The notes below the pieces were generated by a model. The model was not told the origin of the DNA. It saw only the letters and a program-made list of their open reading frames with translations, and did no database searches. A stretch of DNA of 64,000 nt from NCBI GenBank assembly GCA_002504435.1, contig DAQP01000043.1, positions 16,810 to 80,809 of the forward strand, written 5' to 3'. Positions 45,829-55,070 of the stretch are shown here, piece after piece. How positions within the stretch are numbered: the stretch's first letter is position 1; each line of letters begins with the position of its first letter. Source of the stretch: Euryarchaeota archaeon UBA438 (GTDB lineage: Archaea; Thermoplasmatota; Poseidoniia; Poseidoniales; Thalassarchaeaceae). A program made the translations under genes and the position numbers.

Positions 45829-47631
45829 ATGGGTTCAATAGTCAAGAGTGGTCGTAATTTCCCGATGGGAGATGATTCTGATTGGTCGGAGCTTACCGTT
45901 TCAGAACTCAAAGAAGCTCTGAAATCGAGGGGTTTGCCAATTTCTGGTAACAAATCAGAACTCGTGGAGAGGATGCTAGAAAGCGAGGTCATTGATGCGG
46001 AAATAGTCGTCGAGGCTGAATCTACGGAAAATGAGGGGATATTGAGGAAGATTCTCTATTACAACTCGCCTGAAAATGTGCGAAAAGGAATAGGGAGAAT
46101 TCGCGAGATGCCTGTGCAGGTACTCGCAGTAGCAGCGGTGTTGATGGTTGGCGGTGCCGGGGGAGCTCTCCTCTACGGTGACGATATTATTGAGTGGATC
46201 CAGGGGGAGCCAGAATACAGGCTTATTGAGTTCGATCAGAGCCAAGTCAGGGAATATGCACAATCTCTTGTTGATCTTGGCCATCCCGAATGGGAGGGGA
46301 GAATGTCAGGCACTGTAGAAGAGCTGAATGCTGCTGAATCAATAAAAAACAACTTTACTTCGGCTGGGATACCTACAACAATGGATGAATTCGAAGTTCC
46401 AATGTTTGTTATTGGTGAGGAGCCGGAATTGTCTATTTGCGTGCCAGGGGATATTGGAGGGCTAATAGGCGGACCCACCCCCTGTTCGGGAGCGGATGTG
46501 AATAGGGAAGTTACATATTTCACTCATAGAGAAGAATTCGTCATCCAAGGATACAGCGGCTCGGCATCGGTTAGTCATGTCGAGAACATGGAAATCATCG
46601 ACTTGGGGAATGGTAGTTCTGAGGCTGATTGGGGTTCCGCAGCAAGCAAAATAGCAATGGTGTGGCTAGAAGAAGGGACAGATGGGAATACTGCATTACT
46701 TCAGCGAGCCATAGAAAATGACGTATACAGTATGATTACAGTAAACGCTAAACAGAACTGTGATGATTTGGTCATGGGCGATTGCGTACCATACTTCAAA
46801 TCGGTAGACAAAAGCCAATTCGATTTCATTCCAGACAGTTTCGGGTTCATCATGACCTCAAAGAGTGTCGGAGAAACAATTGTTGACATGGTGATAAATG
46901 GGGACGGGAGGTTGGGTATGATGACAGATGTCGATAATCAGGGGGTAGCGACCATACGTGTCCCTTGTGGCGTCATCCAAGGCAAGACCGAATCGGCCAT
47001 AGTTATGGGTGCGCACCATGACACAGTCTACAATGGACCTGGTGCTGTGGACGATACCTCAGGAGTCGCCACACTGCAAGAGATTGCTCGACAGTTTGGG
47101 ATACTTGAGTCTCAACTTGGAGAGCCAGAGCATACGCTATATTTCTGCACGTGGGGAGGGGAGGAGGAAGGCCTCTGGGGATCCAAAGAGTGGGTGGACA
47201 AGTACAGAACTATGCTTGGAGAGAATCTAAGGCTGTATGTGAACCTAGACATGAATCACGTCGATCTTGAGAGGAACACCGGTTTGACCATGTTCGGGAA
47301 CAGTAAGTCTGATGTCGAGTCATTGAGAGGGATTTCCAAGGCATTCTCTGAGTCGTTTCCTGAGCTTTCATCAAAATATGTCATCAACATCAGGGACATT
47401 GATTCGAGCGGGATGCCATATAATTCGGATCATGCGCCATTCGTTTACGAGATTGATAACGAGCCCGACGATGGCATGGAATACGGGAATGCAGTTGTGT
47501 GCTATGGTTCCGGTTCTACTGAATATCACACATATCTAGATAGGATGGACAGGTTCAATGAGGAGAGTTTGGTTGTTTCGGGGGTAATTTTTGGATCGTT
47601 AGTGAGATACCTCTCATATGGCGAGGCCTAG
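45829..47631 (+). CDS. SAP-domain / TM / M28-family zinc aminopeptidase fusion protein
   Basis: N-terminal LTVSELKEALKSRGLPISGNKSELVERM is a textbook SAP helix-extended-helix motif. The TM helix reads VQVLAVAAVLMVGGAGGALLY. The M28 metal-ligand blocks are MGAHHDTVYNGPGAVDDTSGVATLQEIARQF (His, Asp) and EEEGLWGS (Glu-Glu), plus NSDHAPF. Confidence 0.7.
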   Translation: MGSIVKSGRNFPMGDDSDWSELTVSELKEALKSRGLPISGNKSELVERMLESEVIDAEIVVEAESTENEGILRKILYYNSPENVRKGIGRIREMPVQVLAVAAVLMVGGAGGALLYGDDIIEWIQGEPEYRLIEFDQSQVREYAQSLVDLGHPEWEGRMSGTVEELNAAESIKNNFTSAGIPTTMDEFEVPMFVIGEEPELSICVPGDIGGLIGGPTPCSGADVNREVTYFTHREEFVIQGYSGSASVSHVENMEIIDLGNGSSEADWGSAASKIAMVWLEEGTDGNTALLQRAIENDVYSMITVNAKQNCDDLVMGDCVPYFKSVDKSQFDFIPDSFGFIMTSKSVGETIVDMVINGDGRLGMMTDVDNQGVATIRVPCGVIQGKTESAIVMGAHHDTVYNGPGAVDDTSGVATLQEIARQFGILESQLGEPEHTLYFCTWGGEEEGLWGSKEWVDKYRTMLGENLRLYVNLDMNHVDLERNTGLTMFGNSKSDVESLRGISKAFSESFPELSSKYVINIRDIDSSGMPYNSDHAPFVYEIDNEPDDGMEYGNAVVCYGSGSTEYHTYLDRMDRFNEESLVVSGVIFGSLVRYLSYGEA

Positions 47632-47634
47632 TAC

Positions 47635-49377
47635 TCACATTCTCTCCGGACAATCTATCCCCAGTAGGCCCAACCCCAGAGACAACGCCCTAGCGGTTAA
47701 ATCGCACATCGCTAGCCTACTTGATTTGACTTCTTCGTCTTCATCCAATACAAGGCATACCTCATAGAAAGAAGCGAATGAGGATGCAATTGAGTGCAGG
47801 TGCGTACAAAGCCTGTGAGGATAAAGTCCGGCTGCTGAATAATCAACTGCCTCTGAGAAAAGTACCAAGGTTTTCGCCAAATCCACCTCCTCTGGAGTTC
47901 CTAAGTTAATCTGGGATTCTTGGACTGATTCCCTTCCAATTCCCGAACGTGAGAATATGCTGCAGATTCTTGCGTGGGCATACTGGAGATAAGGTGCAGT
48001 ATTTCCCTCAAATGAAAGCATCCTGTCCCAATCAAAAACATAGTCCTTGGTTCTGTCTGAAGACAGATCGGAATATTTCACAGCGCCAATACCAATCATC
48101 CTAGCTGCACTCTCCCTCTCATCCCCACTGAGTCCGGGATTCTTCTCGGAAATTGATGACTCTGCCCTCGATACTGCCTCTCTGAGAAGATCCACCAGCT
48201 TCACAGTCTGGCCCTTCCTACTCTTCAGCATCTGGCCACTAGAATCCAGCACTGAACCAAAGTTAACATGCACGGCACGGTGAGACTGGTCCATGAATCC
48301 GGCCTTTGTAGCGACCTCGAAAACCATCTCGAAATGTTGTTTCTGAGGGGTCCCGACGACATATAGAAGTTCGTCGCAACCAATCCTCTCGACTCTGTCG
48401 ATAATGCATGCGAGATCTGATGTTGAGTAATTGAATCCCCCATCTGCCTTCCTGATCATCACAGGGAATGGTTCACCATCACGGTTGAGCCACTTCCCGC
48501 CGAGAAAGACCACGTCTGCCCCTTCGCTATTCTGGAGCATTCCAGTTTCCGACAATCTGTCAACGACGTTTGGCAGTAAATGCCTATATGCGGACTCCCC
48601 CATGAGATCGTCATCAGTTAGAAGGACCCCTAACATCGAGTAAACATCATTGAAGTAATTTGTCGATACATCCACGAGAATTCGCCAAAGCCTGAGAGTC
48701 TCTTCCTCCTCACTTTGTAACATGACCACCCTGGACCTTGCCCTCTCTGCAAATTCAGGATCTTCATCGAACTTCGTCCTTGCCTCCTTATAGAACAAAT
48801 CGAAATCGGAAATCCCTTTTTCACCGGCGACATTGCCTTCTCCGATGTCAAGAAGGTGCTCAATTAACATCCCAAAGGGAGTCCCCCAGTCACCAACGTG
48901 ATTTTCCCTGTGGACAGTGTGCCCCTTGAATTCCAACATCCTCACGATTGCATCCCCAATTACTGTTGACCTGAGGTGGCCAACATGCATTTCCTTGGCA
49001 ACATTTGGAGCTGAATAGTCAACGGCGATTACCCTGGGCTCGTCTAGCGATACGCCCATCCTTGGATCTGCCGTCAAAACCTCGACCCTTGCTGATAGCC
49101 ATGACTCAGCAGCTGAGAGATTCACGAATCCATTCAGAGAAGATACCTCGGCAATTCCAATGAGGCTGTCAGAAATTGCAGAAGAAATCTCACCAGCTAT
49201 ATCAGAGGGGCTCTTCTTCAATACGGGAGATAGCGAATGGCAGGGCATGGCGACGTCTGCCAAAGAACCGCCGACTGTTGATGGGCCCACTAGCCCCTCC
49301 CAAGTTCCCTCCTCCAGACCAAGTGAAAGGAGAGGGGCGGCCATGAGGGGGAGTGCCTCTCTGATTAGTTGCCTCAT
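47635..49377 (-). CDS. argS: Arginyl-tRNA synthetase
   Basis: DYSAPNVAKEMHVGHLRSTVIGDAI is the class-I HIGH motif. C-terminal DALR anticodon-binding domain ending ...GIDCPERM (C-terminal Met is typical of ArgRS). Confidence 0.85.
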   Translation of the reverse strand: MRQLIREALPLMAAPLLSLGLEEGTWEGLVGPSTVGGSLADVAMPCHSLSPVLKKSPSDIAGEISSAISDSLIGIAEVSSLNGFVNLSAAESWLSARVEVLTADPRMGVSLDEPRVIAVDYSAPNVAKEMHVGHLRSTVIGDAIVRMLEFKGHTVHRENHVGDWGTPFGMLIEHLLDIGEGNVAGEKGISDFDLFYKEARTKFDEDPEFAERARSRVVMLQSEEEETLRLWRILVDVSTNYFNDVYSMLGVLLTDDDLMGESAYRHLLPNVVDRLSETGMLQNSEGADVVFLGGKWLNRDGEPFPVMIRKADGGFNYSTSDLACIIDRVERIGCDELLYVVGTPQKQHFEMVFEVATKAGFMDQSHRAVHVNFGSVLDSSGQMLKSRKGQTVKLVDLLREAVSRAESSISEKNPGLSGDERESAARMIGIGAVKYSDLSSDRTKDYVFDWDRMLSFEGNTAPYLQYAHARICSIFSRSGIGRESVQESQINLGTPEEVDLAKTLVLFSEAVDYSAAGLYPHRLCTHLHSIASSFASFYEVCLVLDEDEEVKSSRLAMCDLTARALSLGLGLLGIDCPERM

Positions 49378-49386
49378 TCAATCACC

Positions 49387-50634
49387 TCAGGATATTGGGT
49401 ACCTTAGCAGCGCCGCTATTCCTCCGAAGGCATCGTACAGTGTAGCTCCCTCCTCCGTATCCATAGAAACAAGTGTAACTGATGCTGATGTATGCCCCGC
49501 TAGAAGGGTTAGTTCGTCGATCAAATCCATTGATCTTTCTTGATCCTCTCTGACGTCCTCGGCGGAACAAGAGTTGCAATCTGGAACTTCGGAGCGGCTC
49601 TTTTGCGTCTGTTCCCACTCATTCCCACAATTCTTGCAAAACCAAAATACCCTCCTCTTGGTGATATTCTCGGACAGGAGTAGCCTATCGACAGCTCCTT
49701 GATCCAAGGCGGTTCTAATCATCACCTCGCCATATGTCGCCTTTGGATGGGCCTGCATTACTTCTCTTAGGAAGGAGTCGACCAGTTTCCTCTCGGCATC
49801 CAATTCAATCTGGTCCATCAATCCCCCAGCACGCTGAATAAGCTCCCTTAGGCCACTCTCGTTGGAGTACCCTACATCGAAGAATGGCTCCCTGATGAGC
49901 TTCTTTATTTCATGATGAAAATAGTCATTCTTGACAACATAATCCTTTGTTGCGCCCGGGCCTCCGATGATTATTCCCTTGAGATCCTCGATCATTGGTA
50001 GCCAGTAAGCACAGGCCCTCTCGGCAGACTTCTTGAAGAATTTATCAGCTGCTTCCTCTATTAGCCTCTCGAATCTCTGAGCGGACTGACCCCCCCTCCC
50101 GTGTTTAGAGGGGACTAGGGAAGTCACGTGCTCCTGGCAATGTAATCGCTTCCCACTGGCAAGCCCATATGCTGACTCTGAACGATCTATTACAAACAAA
50201 CCGTAAGCGGTCCTATCGATCAGCATTTCTTCGAGCTGGCTTAACTCGAATGTGGAACCGCACCTGTATCTGTAAGAGCCGAAGGGTTCTGGTGGATCAT
50301 CAATTACCACATTTACGAGCCTTGTCTTGTTGTTGCCGACTATTACGTACCCAACGAACAATGCCAATCCCCTTTCTCCGGGAGTTTTGTACCTGTTCAG
50401 TGAGGCCATTGCAGATTCAATAGCGTCGGAAACGTGCTTCCTGGTCGACTTGGATTTGATATTGGCGGCCTGTCCGGCCTCGTTTCCTAATTGATGGCGG
50501 ACGTCGCTAATCATTTTATCAGGGGGAATGACCAATGAAACTAGTTCGGTGCCCATGCCCCTCATCGAGGACAAGTCTTCTACCGCCTTCTTCAGTCTGA
50601 GTCTGCGTTGCTGAAGCTCAAGCTCGTCAGACAT
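49387..50634 (-). CDS. prf1: Peptide chain release factor aRF1
   Basis: NIKS motif (AANIKSKSTRKHV) in domain 1, GGQ motif (HGRGGQSAQRFERL) in domain 2, and a C-terminal zinc-ribbon domain 3 (CKNCGNEWE...CNSC). Confidence 0.9.
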   Translation of the reverse strand: MSDELELQQRRLRLKKAVEDLSSMRGMGTELVSLVIPPDKMISDVRHQLGNEAGQAANIKSKSTRKHVSDAIESAMASLNRYKTPGERGLALFVGYVIVGNNKTRLVNVVIDDPPEPFGSYRYRCGSTFELSQLEEMLIDRTAYGLFVIDRSESAYGLASGKRLHCQEHVTSLVPSKHGRGGQSAQRFERLIEEAADKFFKKSAERACAYWLPMIEDLKGIIIGGPGATKDYVVKNDYFHHEIKKLIREPFFDVGYSNESGLRELIQRAGGLMDQIELDAERKLVDSFLREVMQAHPKATYGEVMIRTALDQGAVDRLLLSENITKRRVFWFCKNCGNEWEQTQKSRSEVPDCNSCSAEDVREDQERSMDLIDELTLLAGHTSASVTLVSMDTEEGATLYDAFGGIAALLRYPIS

Positions 50635-50731
50635 ACCTTCCCTCCTGCGGAAGGCCGGAGGGGCAGCATTTCAACCCTTAGACGGTGGTTGGGCATAGGC
50701 ATTGAAAGGGGGCGTCCCGGCCCATTAGTCG

Positions 50732-51436
50732 ATGGCGACGGTTATCGCAGCTATCGGAGGCAGCCTCCTTAGGCCCGAAATAGAGGAGCGTCACGCTTGG
50801 CTTGAAGGGCTAGTATCTGTGATTAGAGACAGGGTTTCAATGGATGACAGGATCGGTATTGTGGTCGGTGGTGGAGCTCCTGCCAGAGAGGGTATTGAAT
50901 TAGCTAGGCCACTAATAGACAATGAAGGTCATCTGGATAAGATTGGAATTGCCGCCACTAGGCTGAATGCCACCATTGTAAGAGAGGCCCTTTCAGATGC
51001 CGGTGTTTCGGTCTCTGGGACCATTCCTTCCAGGGTCGATGAAGCTGTATTGCTTCTTGAAGAGAGGCCGGTAGTTGTAATGGGGGGGACGACCCCTGGT
51101 CACACTACTGACGCAGTAGCGATTCGTTTTGCCGTTGCTTCTGGTGCCGACAGGTGCATAATAGCAACAAATGTTCCCAAGGTCTACGACGATGATCCCA
51201 GAACCAATCCTGATGCTGAGCCCCATGACCTGCTCACGCTCGGGCAGCTGCAGGAAATTGTCGGTCCCGCCGAGCACTCTAGGGCGGGGGCCTCCCAGAT
51301 TGTCGATCCGGTGGGAGTCTCCGAAGCTAGAGAGGCAGGTATGACTCTGAACATTCTTGATGGGAGAAATGTGGGGCTGATTCGTGCTGCAATTATAGGC
51401 GACAATTTTGAAGGAACGTTGGTTGAAGGGGCGTGA
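50732..51436 (+). CDS. pyrH: Uridylate (UMP) kinase, archaeal type
   Basis: Amino-acid-kinase fold: AIGGSLL ... IVVGGGAPAR ... VVVMGGTTPGHTTDAVA ... ATNVPKVYDDDPRTNPDA. The roughly 230-aa length is typical of archaeal PyrH. Confidence 0.8.
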   Translation: MATVIAAIGGSLLRPEIEERHAWLEGLVSVIRDRVSMDDRIGIVVGGGAPAREGIELARPLIDNEGHLDKIGIAATRLNATIVREALSDAGVSVSGTIPSRVDEAVLLLEERPVVVMGGTTPGHTTDAVAIRFAVASGADRCIIATNVPKVYDDDPRTNPDAEPHDLLTLGQLQEIVGPAEHSRAGASQIVDPVGVSEAREAGMTLNILDGRNVGLIRAAIIGDNFEGTLVEGA

Positions 51437-51758
51437 ATCCTTGAGCAGGACAGACAGGATAGCCAAGGCTGCCAGAAGGACCGCGCAGGAAGCCAGGGAT
51501 GCCGCCTCCAAGCGTAGACAAGATGAGAAAAGGAAGAGGGCAAACAGCTCGATGGCCATTGAACCGCATCGCCATTGTGTGGTTTGCTGGTCGCCAATTG
51601 CAATGGAGAGTGATCCAGCAGTCTGCTCAGAGTCTGCATGTATAGAGAAGAACGAGAAAAGGGAGGGCTCTAGAAAGAGGTTGACGATAATGATGTATCT
51701 TTTCCCTGGTATCGCAATCATACTGCTGATGCTGCAGTTGGCCGGAGGGGCCGTTTAA
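51408..51758 (+). CDS. Hypothetical small basic protein with a zinc-ribbon and a C-terminal TM helix
   Basis: HCVVCWSP...CSESAC (4 Cys) and the C-terminal LFPGIAIILLMLQLAG. The basic N-terminal extension overlaps the pyrH 3' end by 29 nt; the true start may be the internal MAIEP Met (51552). Weak support only. Confidence 0.3.
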   Translation: MKERWLKGRESLSRTDRIAKAARRTAQEARDAASKRRQDEKRKRANSSMAIEPHRHCVVCWSPIAMESDPAVCSESACIEKNEKREGSRKRLTIMMYLFPGIAIILLMLQLAGGAV

Positions 51759-51778
51759 GTTTATTCTGAAGTGGTAAT

Positions 51779-52363
51779 ATGAACATGGTAAGGATTCTAT
51801 CTGTGCTTCCCGGGGCCGTTGGTTCAGTGTGCGTATTATTGGTCCTAGGCAGTCTTCTTGGGGTTGGTTTAGACGAGTCTCGGACTGATGTCCCAATAGT
51901 CCCCTGCACTGACGACTCTGTTGGGTGCCTAGTCGGCATGACAACAGAAAACCTCGATGTTCCAACGTCATTCTTTCTCCTTGACATCCAACTTGAAATC
52001 CAGTGGGACGAACCCGATAGGAGTTGGATTGGGGTTGTTGATTCTAAATATGCAGAAAATTGCCCTCCTGATTCCAATGGCTTAACTTCGTGCACGTCTG
52101 AGGACTTCGAGTACGAAGCAGGAGGCCCGGACTCGGACGACGGGGATTTCGAATTCACTTTGAAGCCCGGCAATTATCGCTTTGTTACGGCTGGGAAGGA
52201 CGGGTCCACCCTCGATGAGCAGATTGTCACGATAAATACTGAAGTTCACCTATCTTCATTTGTAGAAATTGTTCTTGCAGGCGTGGGAGTCATGTTACTG
52301 GCGGGTGCAGGTGAGATGGCTTTCCCTATCAAGAGCCTGTGGAAGAAGTTCAGGGACTCCTGA
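51779..52363 (+). CDS. Hypothetical secreted/membrane-anchored protein
   Basis: N-terminal signal/TM (ILSVLPGAVGSVCVLLVLGSLLG), an acidic Cys-containing ectodomain, and a C-terminal TM (FVEIVLAGVGVMLLAGAG). Confidence 0.45.
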   Translation: MNMVRILSVLPGAVGSVCVLLVLGSLLGVGLDESRTDVPIVPCTDDSVGCLVGMTTENLDVPTSFFLLDIQLEIQWDEPDRSWIGVVDSKYAENCPPDSNGLTSCTSEDFEYEAGGPDSDDGDFEFTLKPGNYRFVTAGKDGSTLDEQIVTINTEVHLSSFVEIVLAGVGVMLLAGAGEMAFPIKSLWKKFRDS

Positions 52364-52408
52364 CTTATACACAGTTTCCTTGAATAACTGAATCATAGTG
52401 GGGCACGC

Positions 52409-52528
52409 ATGGCCGCAGAGAAGTGCCCGGTATGCGGATCCAAGATTGACGTGGGCGGCCTACCGGTTTCCATAGGCGGTTTCAATCTCTATTGCACCGT
52501 GTGCGGACACAACTGGCACGTAGAGTAG
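52409..52528 (+). CDS. Putative 39-aa zinc-ribbon mini-protein (below the ORF-track size cutoff)
   Basis: MAAEKCPVCGSKIDVGGLPVSIGGFNLYCTVCGHNWHVE* has CPVC...CTVC spacing typical of a rubredoxin-like ribbon. It fills the gap between two annotated genes. Confidence 0.35.
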   Translation: MAAEKCPVCGSKIDVGGLPVSIGGFNLYCTVCGHNWHVE

Positions 52529-53596
52529 TTACTCCAGAGTATCCTCTCTGGGCCAATTCTCTGGAAGATTTAGTGGGTCTAATACCTCGTCTGCTGCTAT
52601 CATCTCCACCAGTATGGAGCGTAATTCCTCGACTCCTTCTCCACTCTCGGCGCTGACCATCAGAGTGGCCCCTTCCGGTGACGACTGATAGAGGTCTGAC
52701 TTGCTGTGAACAACTAGTATTGGCCTCTCGGAAATAAGTCCCCTGACCTCTTGCAGTAGATGTTCCTGTTCCTCAATGGGTGTTGTTGCTGATTCCGTAT
52801 GGTCAATGAGGAAGAGGAGCACGTCTCCCACATTCTCCAAGGCCGCAATGGCTTGCATCTCTATGCTGTTTCTTTCTGACATTGGACGGTCGAGAAGCCC
52901 CGGAGTGTCTACCATCTGGTACTTTCTCCTCCTGTGTGTGAAATGCCCCAAGTGCAACTGCTTAGTCGTAAAGGGGTACGCGGCGACCTCAGGCTCGCCG
53001 CTGGACAATGCCGTGATTAGGGCTGATTTTCCGACATTTGGCGAGCCGGCGACCACGATACATGGCTCCATGGAATCAATCGAGGGGAGTGCCCTCAATG
53101 TGTCGCGCGCAGCTCCAAGCCACTCTATCTCAGGGGAAACCTGGTCTAGAATTGAGGAGAATCTTCCATAAGCGGCCCTTCTGGCTTGATGGAATCCATC
53201 AACGTCCCGAAGCCTCAGAATCTTCCTCTGGGTATCTCCTGCAATGGATCTGACTCTTTCGGCTGCCCACTGAATTGTCCCCAAACTCCTCCTATATTCA
53301 TCATTACCTACGGCCGCATCCACTAATGCCTGATCAAAGGGCGAGAGGGCGTTCAGGCTAGGCCACAATTCCACATATGCAATCAACGTTGAGTCGATGA
53401 CGGAAGCTGCTGACTGCACCATCTTGTTCATCTGCTTACGGACCCTATGGTACTTGTCTGGATCCTCTACAGTGTCGGGTTGCTTGCTGGCGCGTCTAAA
53501 CGCCTTATCCAGAATCTCATCGGTCCTGAGGACGGTTGGAATCCTGCGCCACTCTACCGATGCCATGTCACCCCTCGGCCGCTTCGCGGTAACCAT
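52529..53596 (-). CDS. NOG1-family (Obg-like) GTP-binding protein
   Basis: NOG1 N-terminal helical domain, then G1 GSPNVGKS, G2 PFTT, G3 DTPG, G4 HSKSD. The architecture is the archaeal Nog1 homolog pattern. Confidence 0.8.
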   Translation of the reverse strand: MVTAKRPRGDMASVEWRRIPTVLRTDEILDKAFRRASKQPDTVEDPDKYHRVRKQMNKMVQSAASVIDSTLIAYVELWPSLNALSPFDQALVDAAVGNDEYRRSLGTIQWAAERVRSIAGDTQRKILRLRDVDGFHQARRAAYGRFSSILDQVSPEIEWLGAARDTLRALPSIDSMEPCIVVAGSPNVGKSALITALSSGEPEVAAYPFTTKQLHLGHFTHRRRKYQMVDTPGLLDRPMSERNSIEMQAIAALENVGDVLLFLIDHTESATTPIEEQEHLLQEVRGLISERPILVVHSKSDLYQSSPEGATLMVSAESGEGVEELRSILVEMIAADEVLDPLNLPENWPREDTLE

Positions 53597-53676
53597 CCCT
53601 CTTCAAGTGAGCAGTTCGCATTATTATTCAATAATCGAAACACACCCCTTTTCTATGACATACCCTACGGAGGGGC

Positions 53677-54129
53677 ATGCCAGACATTGAAGGAGGAGGC
53701 ATGGAGAGCAGTCTGCCAGATTGGGCTCGAAAAATTCACGAAGCCCACGGTTCGCCTTCTTTGGATGAACTTCAGGATGTTTTCCATGGTCCTCTTTCTG
53801 AAAGGAGGGCGGGTCTGAGGAAGGATGATCTCCTAGAGATATTGATTGATTACCGCGCTCTTCCCAAGGGCTCCGATAACTGGGTCAGAGGAATGTTACT
53901 AGGGACAACCAGGAATGCTGTAGAAATTATGGATGAGGAGGGTTCCTTCAGATCCATAGCCAGAGATGTGATTGTAGAAGTTCGACTACTCGCACACATG
54001 AGGCTTCCTTACCTTGAGGACAAGGAGATGATGAAATTCGAGAAGGAAGATATGCGACGTCGTTCCGTGATGCAGGAGAAAGCCGAACAGATGGCTGATG
54101 GAAGACAAGACACCAATCTGTGGGGATGA
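53677..54129 (+). CDS. Hypothetical protein
   Basis: Coding-like frame with no recognised motif. A short beta-rich core (NWVRGMLLGTTRNAVEIMDEEGSFRSIARDVIVEV) is followed by a charged helical tail. Confidence 0.4.
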   Translation: MPDIEGGGMESSLPDWARKIHEAHGSPSLDELQDVFHGPLSERRAGLRKDDLLEILIDYRALPKGSDNWVRGMLLGTTRNAVEIMDEEGSFRSIARDVIVEVRLLAHMRLPYLEDKEMMKFEKEDMRRRSVMQEKAEQMADGRQDTNLWG

Positions 54130-54464
54130 CTATGGAAGACCTTGCTGACAAGAGATGCTTGGCCTGCGAGGGTGGGCAGCCACCCCTCACGGAGGAGCAG
54201 ATTTCCGAACTTTTGCCGGGACTGAGTCAGGACTGGAAGGTTATCGAAAACCACCATCTTCGGAGAGAGTGGGGCTTTTCTGACTTTGCTTCTGCCCTAG
54301 AATTCGTAAATCTGGCCGGAGGGATTTGCGAGGACGAGGGGCATCATGCGGACTTCGAAGTCGGCTGGGGTAGGGTGAAGGCGGAGATTTGGACTCACAA
54401 GATTGATGGCCTAACAGAGTCCGATTTCTACCTGGCTGCAAAGTTCGATAGAATCGAGCGGTGA
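54120..54464 (+). CDS. Pterin-4a-carbinolamine dehydratase (PCD/DCoH)
   Basis: LTEEQISELLPGLSQDWKV...L.REW.FSDFASALEFVNLAGGICEDEGHHADFEVGWGRVKAEIWTHKIDGLTESDFYLAAKFD carries the PCD [EG]HHP/HHA...TH...GLT..D signature. Confidence 0.75.
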   Translation: MGMTMEDLADKRCLACEGGQPPLTEEQISELLPGLSQDWKVIENHHLRREWGFSDFASALEFVNLAGGICEDEGHHADFEVGWGRVKAEIWTHKIDGLTESDFYLAAKFDRIER

Positions 54465-54469
54465 TTTGA

Positions 54470-55036
54470 ATGAGCCATGTCCAGGACACAATTACCTCCA
54501 GGAGAACCATATACAGGTACAGCAGTAAGGAAGTCGATCCTGAATTCCTGGAGATGGGTTTTGAGGCGGCGAGGAATGCGCCGTGTCACAAGAATACTCA
54601 TCCATGGAAATTCTACGTGATGGGAGGGGACTCCAGGAAGGCGCTAATCCCTGAAATTGAGAAGCTAGCCGCAAAGAAGTGCAAAGAAGGAGAGGATTCG
54701 ACTGAAGCAGTAAATAGGGCGATCAGTAAGATTTTGTCCCCACCAGTACTAATTTGCGTTACGACGGCATTGAGCCCCGATGACAGCTTTAGGGAAGAGG
54801 AGGACTACGCTGCTACCGTCTGTGCAACACACAATATGATCCTATCATTATGGGGGAATGGGATAGGTTCCCAATGGAGCACAGGAGCGATTACTCGTTC
54901 TGATCTCGCATATTCAACAATAGGGGCCACTAGGGGCGAAGAGAGGATAATAGGATTCATCAAAATAGGGTACCCTGAGGAAATACCCTCAAAGAGCAAG
55001 AAGGTCATTGAAGAAATCAGGTCCTACCTTCCTTAA
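54470..55036 (+). CDS. Nitroreductase-family flavoprotein
   Basis: SRRTIYRYSSKEV N-terminal FMN-binding RR/S motif, APCHKNTHPWKFYVM and the overall size. Confidence 0.6.
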   Translation: MSHVQDTITSRRTIYRYSSKEVDPEFLEMGFEAARNAPCHKNTHPWKFYVMGGDSRKALIPEIEKLAAKKCKEGEDSTEAVNRAISKILSPPVLICVTTALSPDDSFREEEDYAATVCATHNMILSLWGNGIGSQWSTGAITRSDLAYSTIGATRGEERIIGFIKIGYPEEIPSKSKKVIEEIRSYLP

Positions 55037-55070
55037 TCATAAAAGGAGAAAATTTGTCGTGGTGAGAAAT

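Noticed and set aside
50993-51721. 242-aa minus-strand ORF antisense to pyrH
   Set aside because: Fully overlaps the well-supported pyrH on the opposite strand. Low-complexity product.
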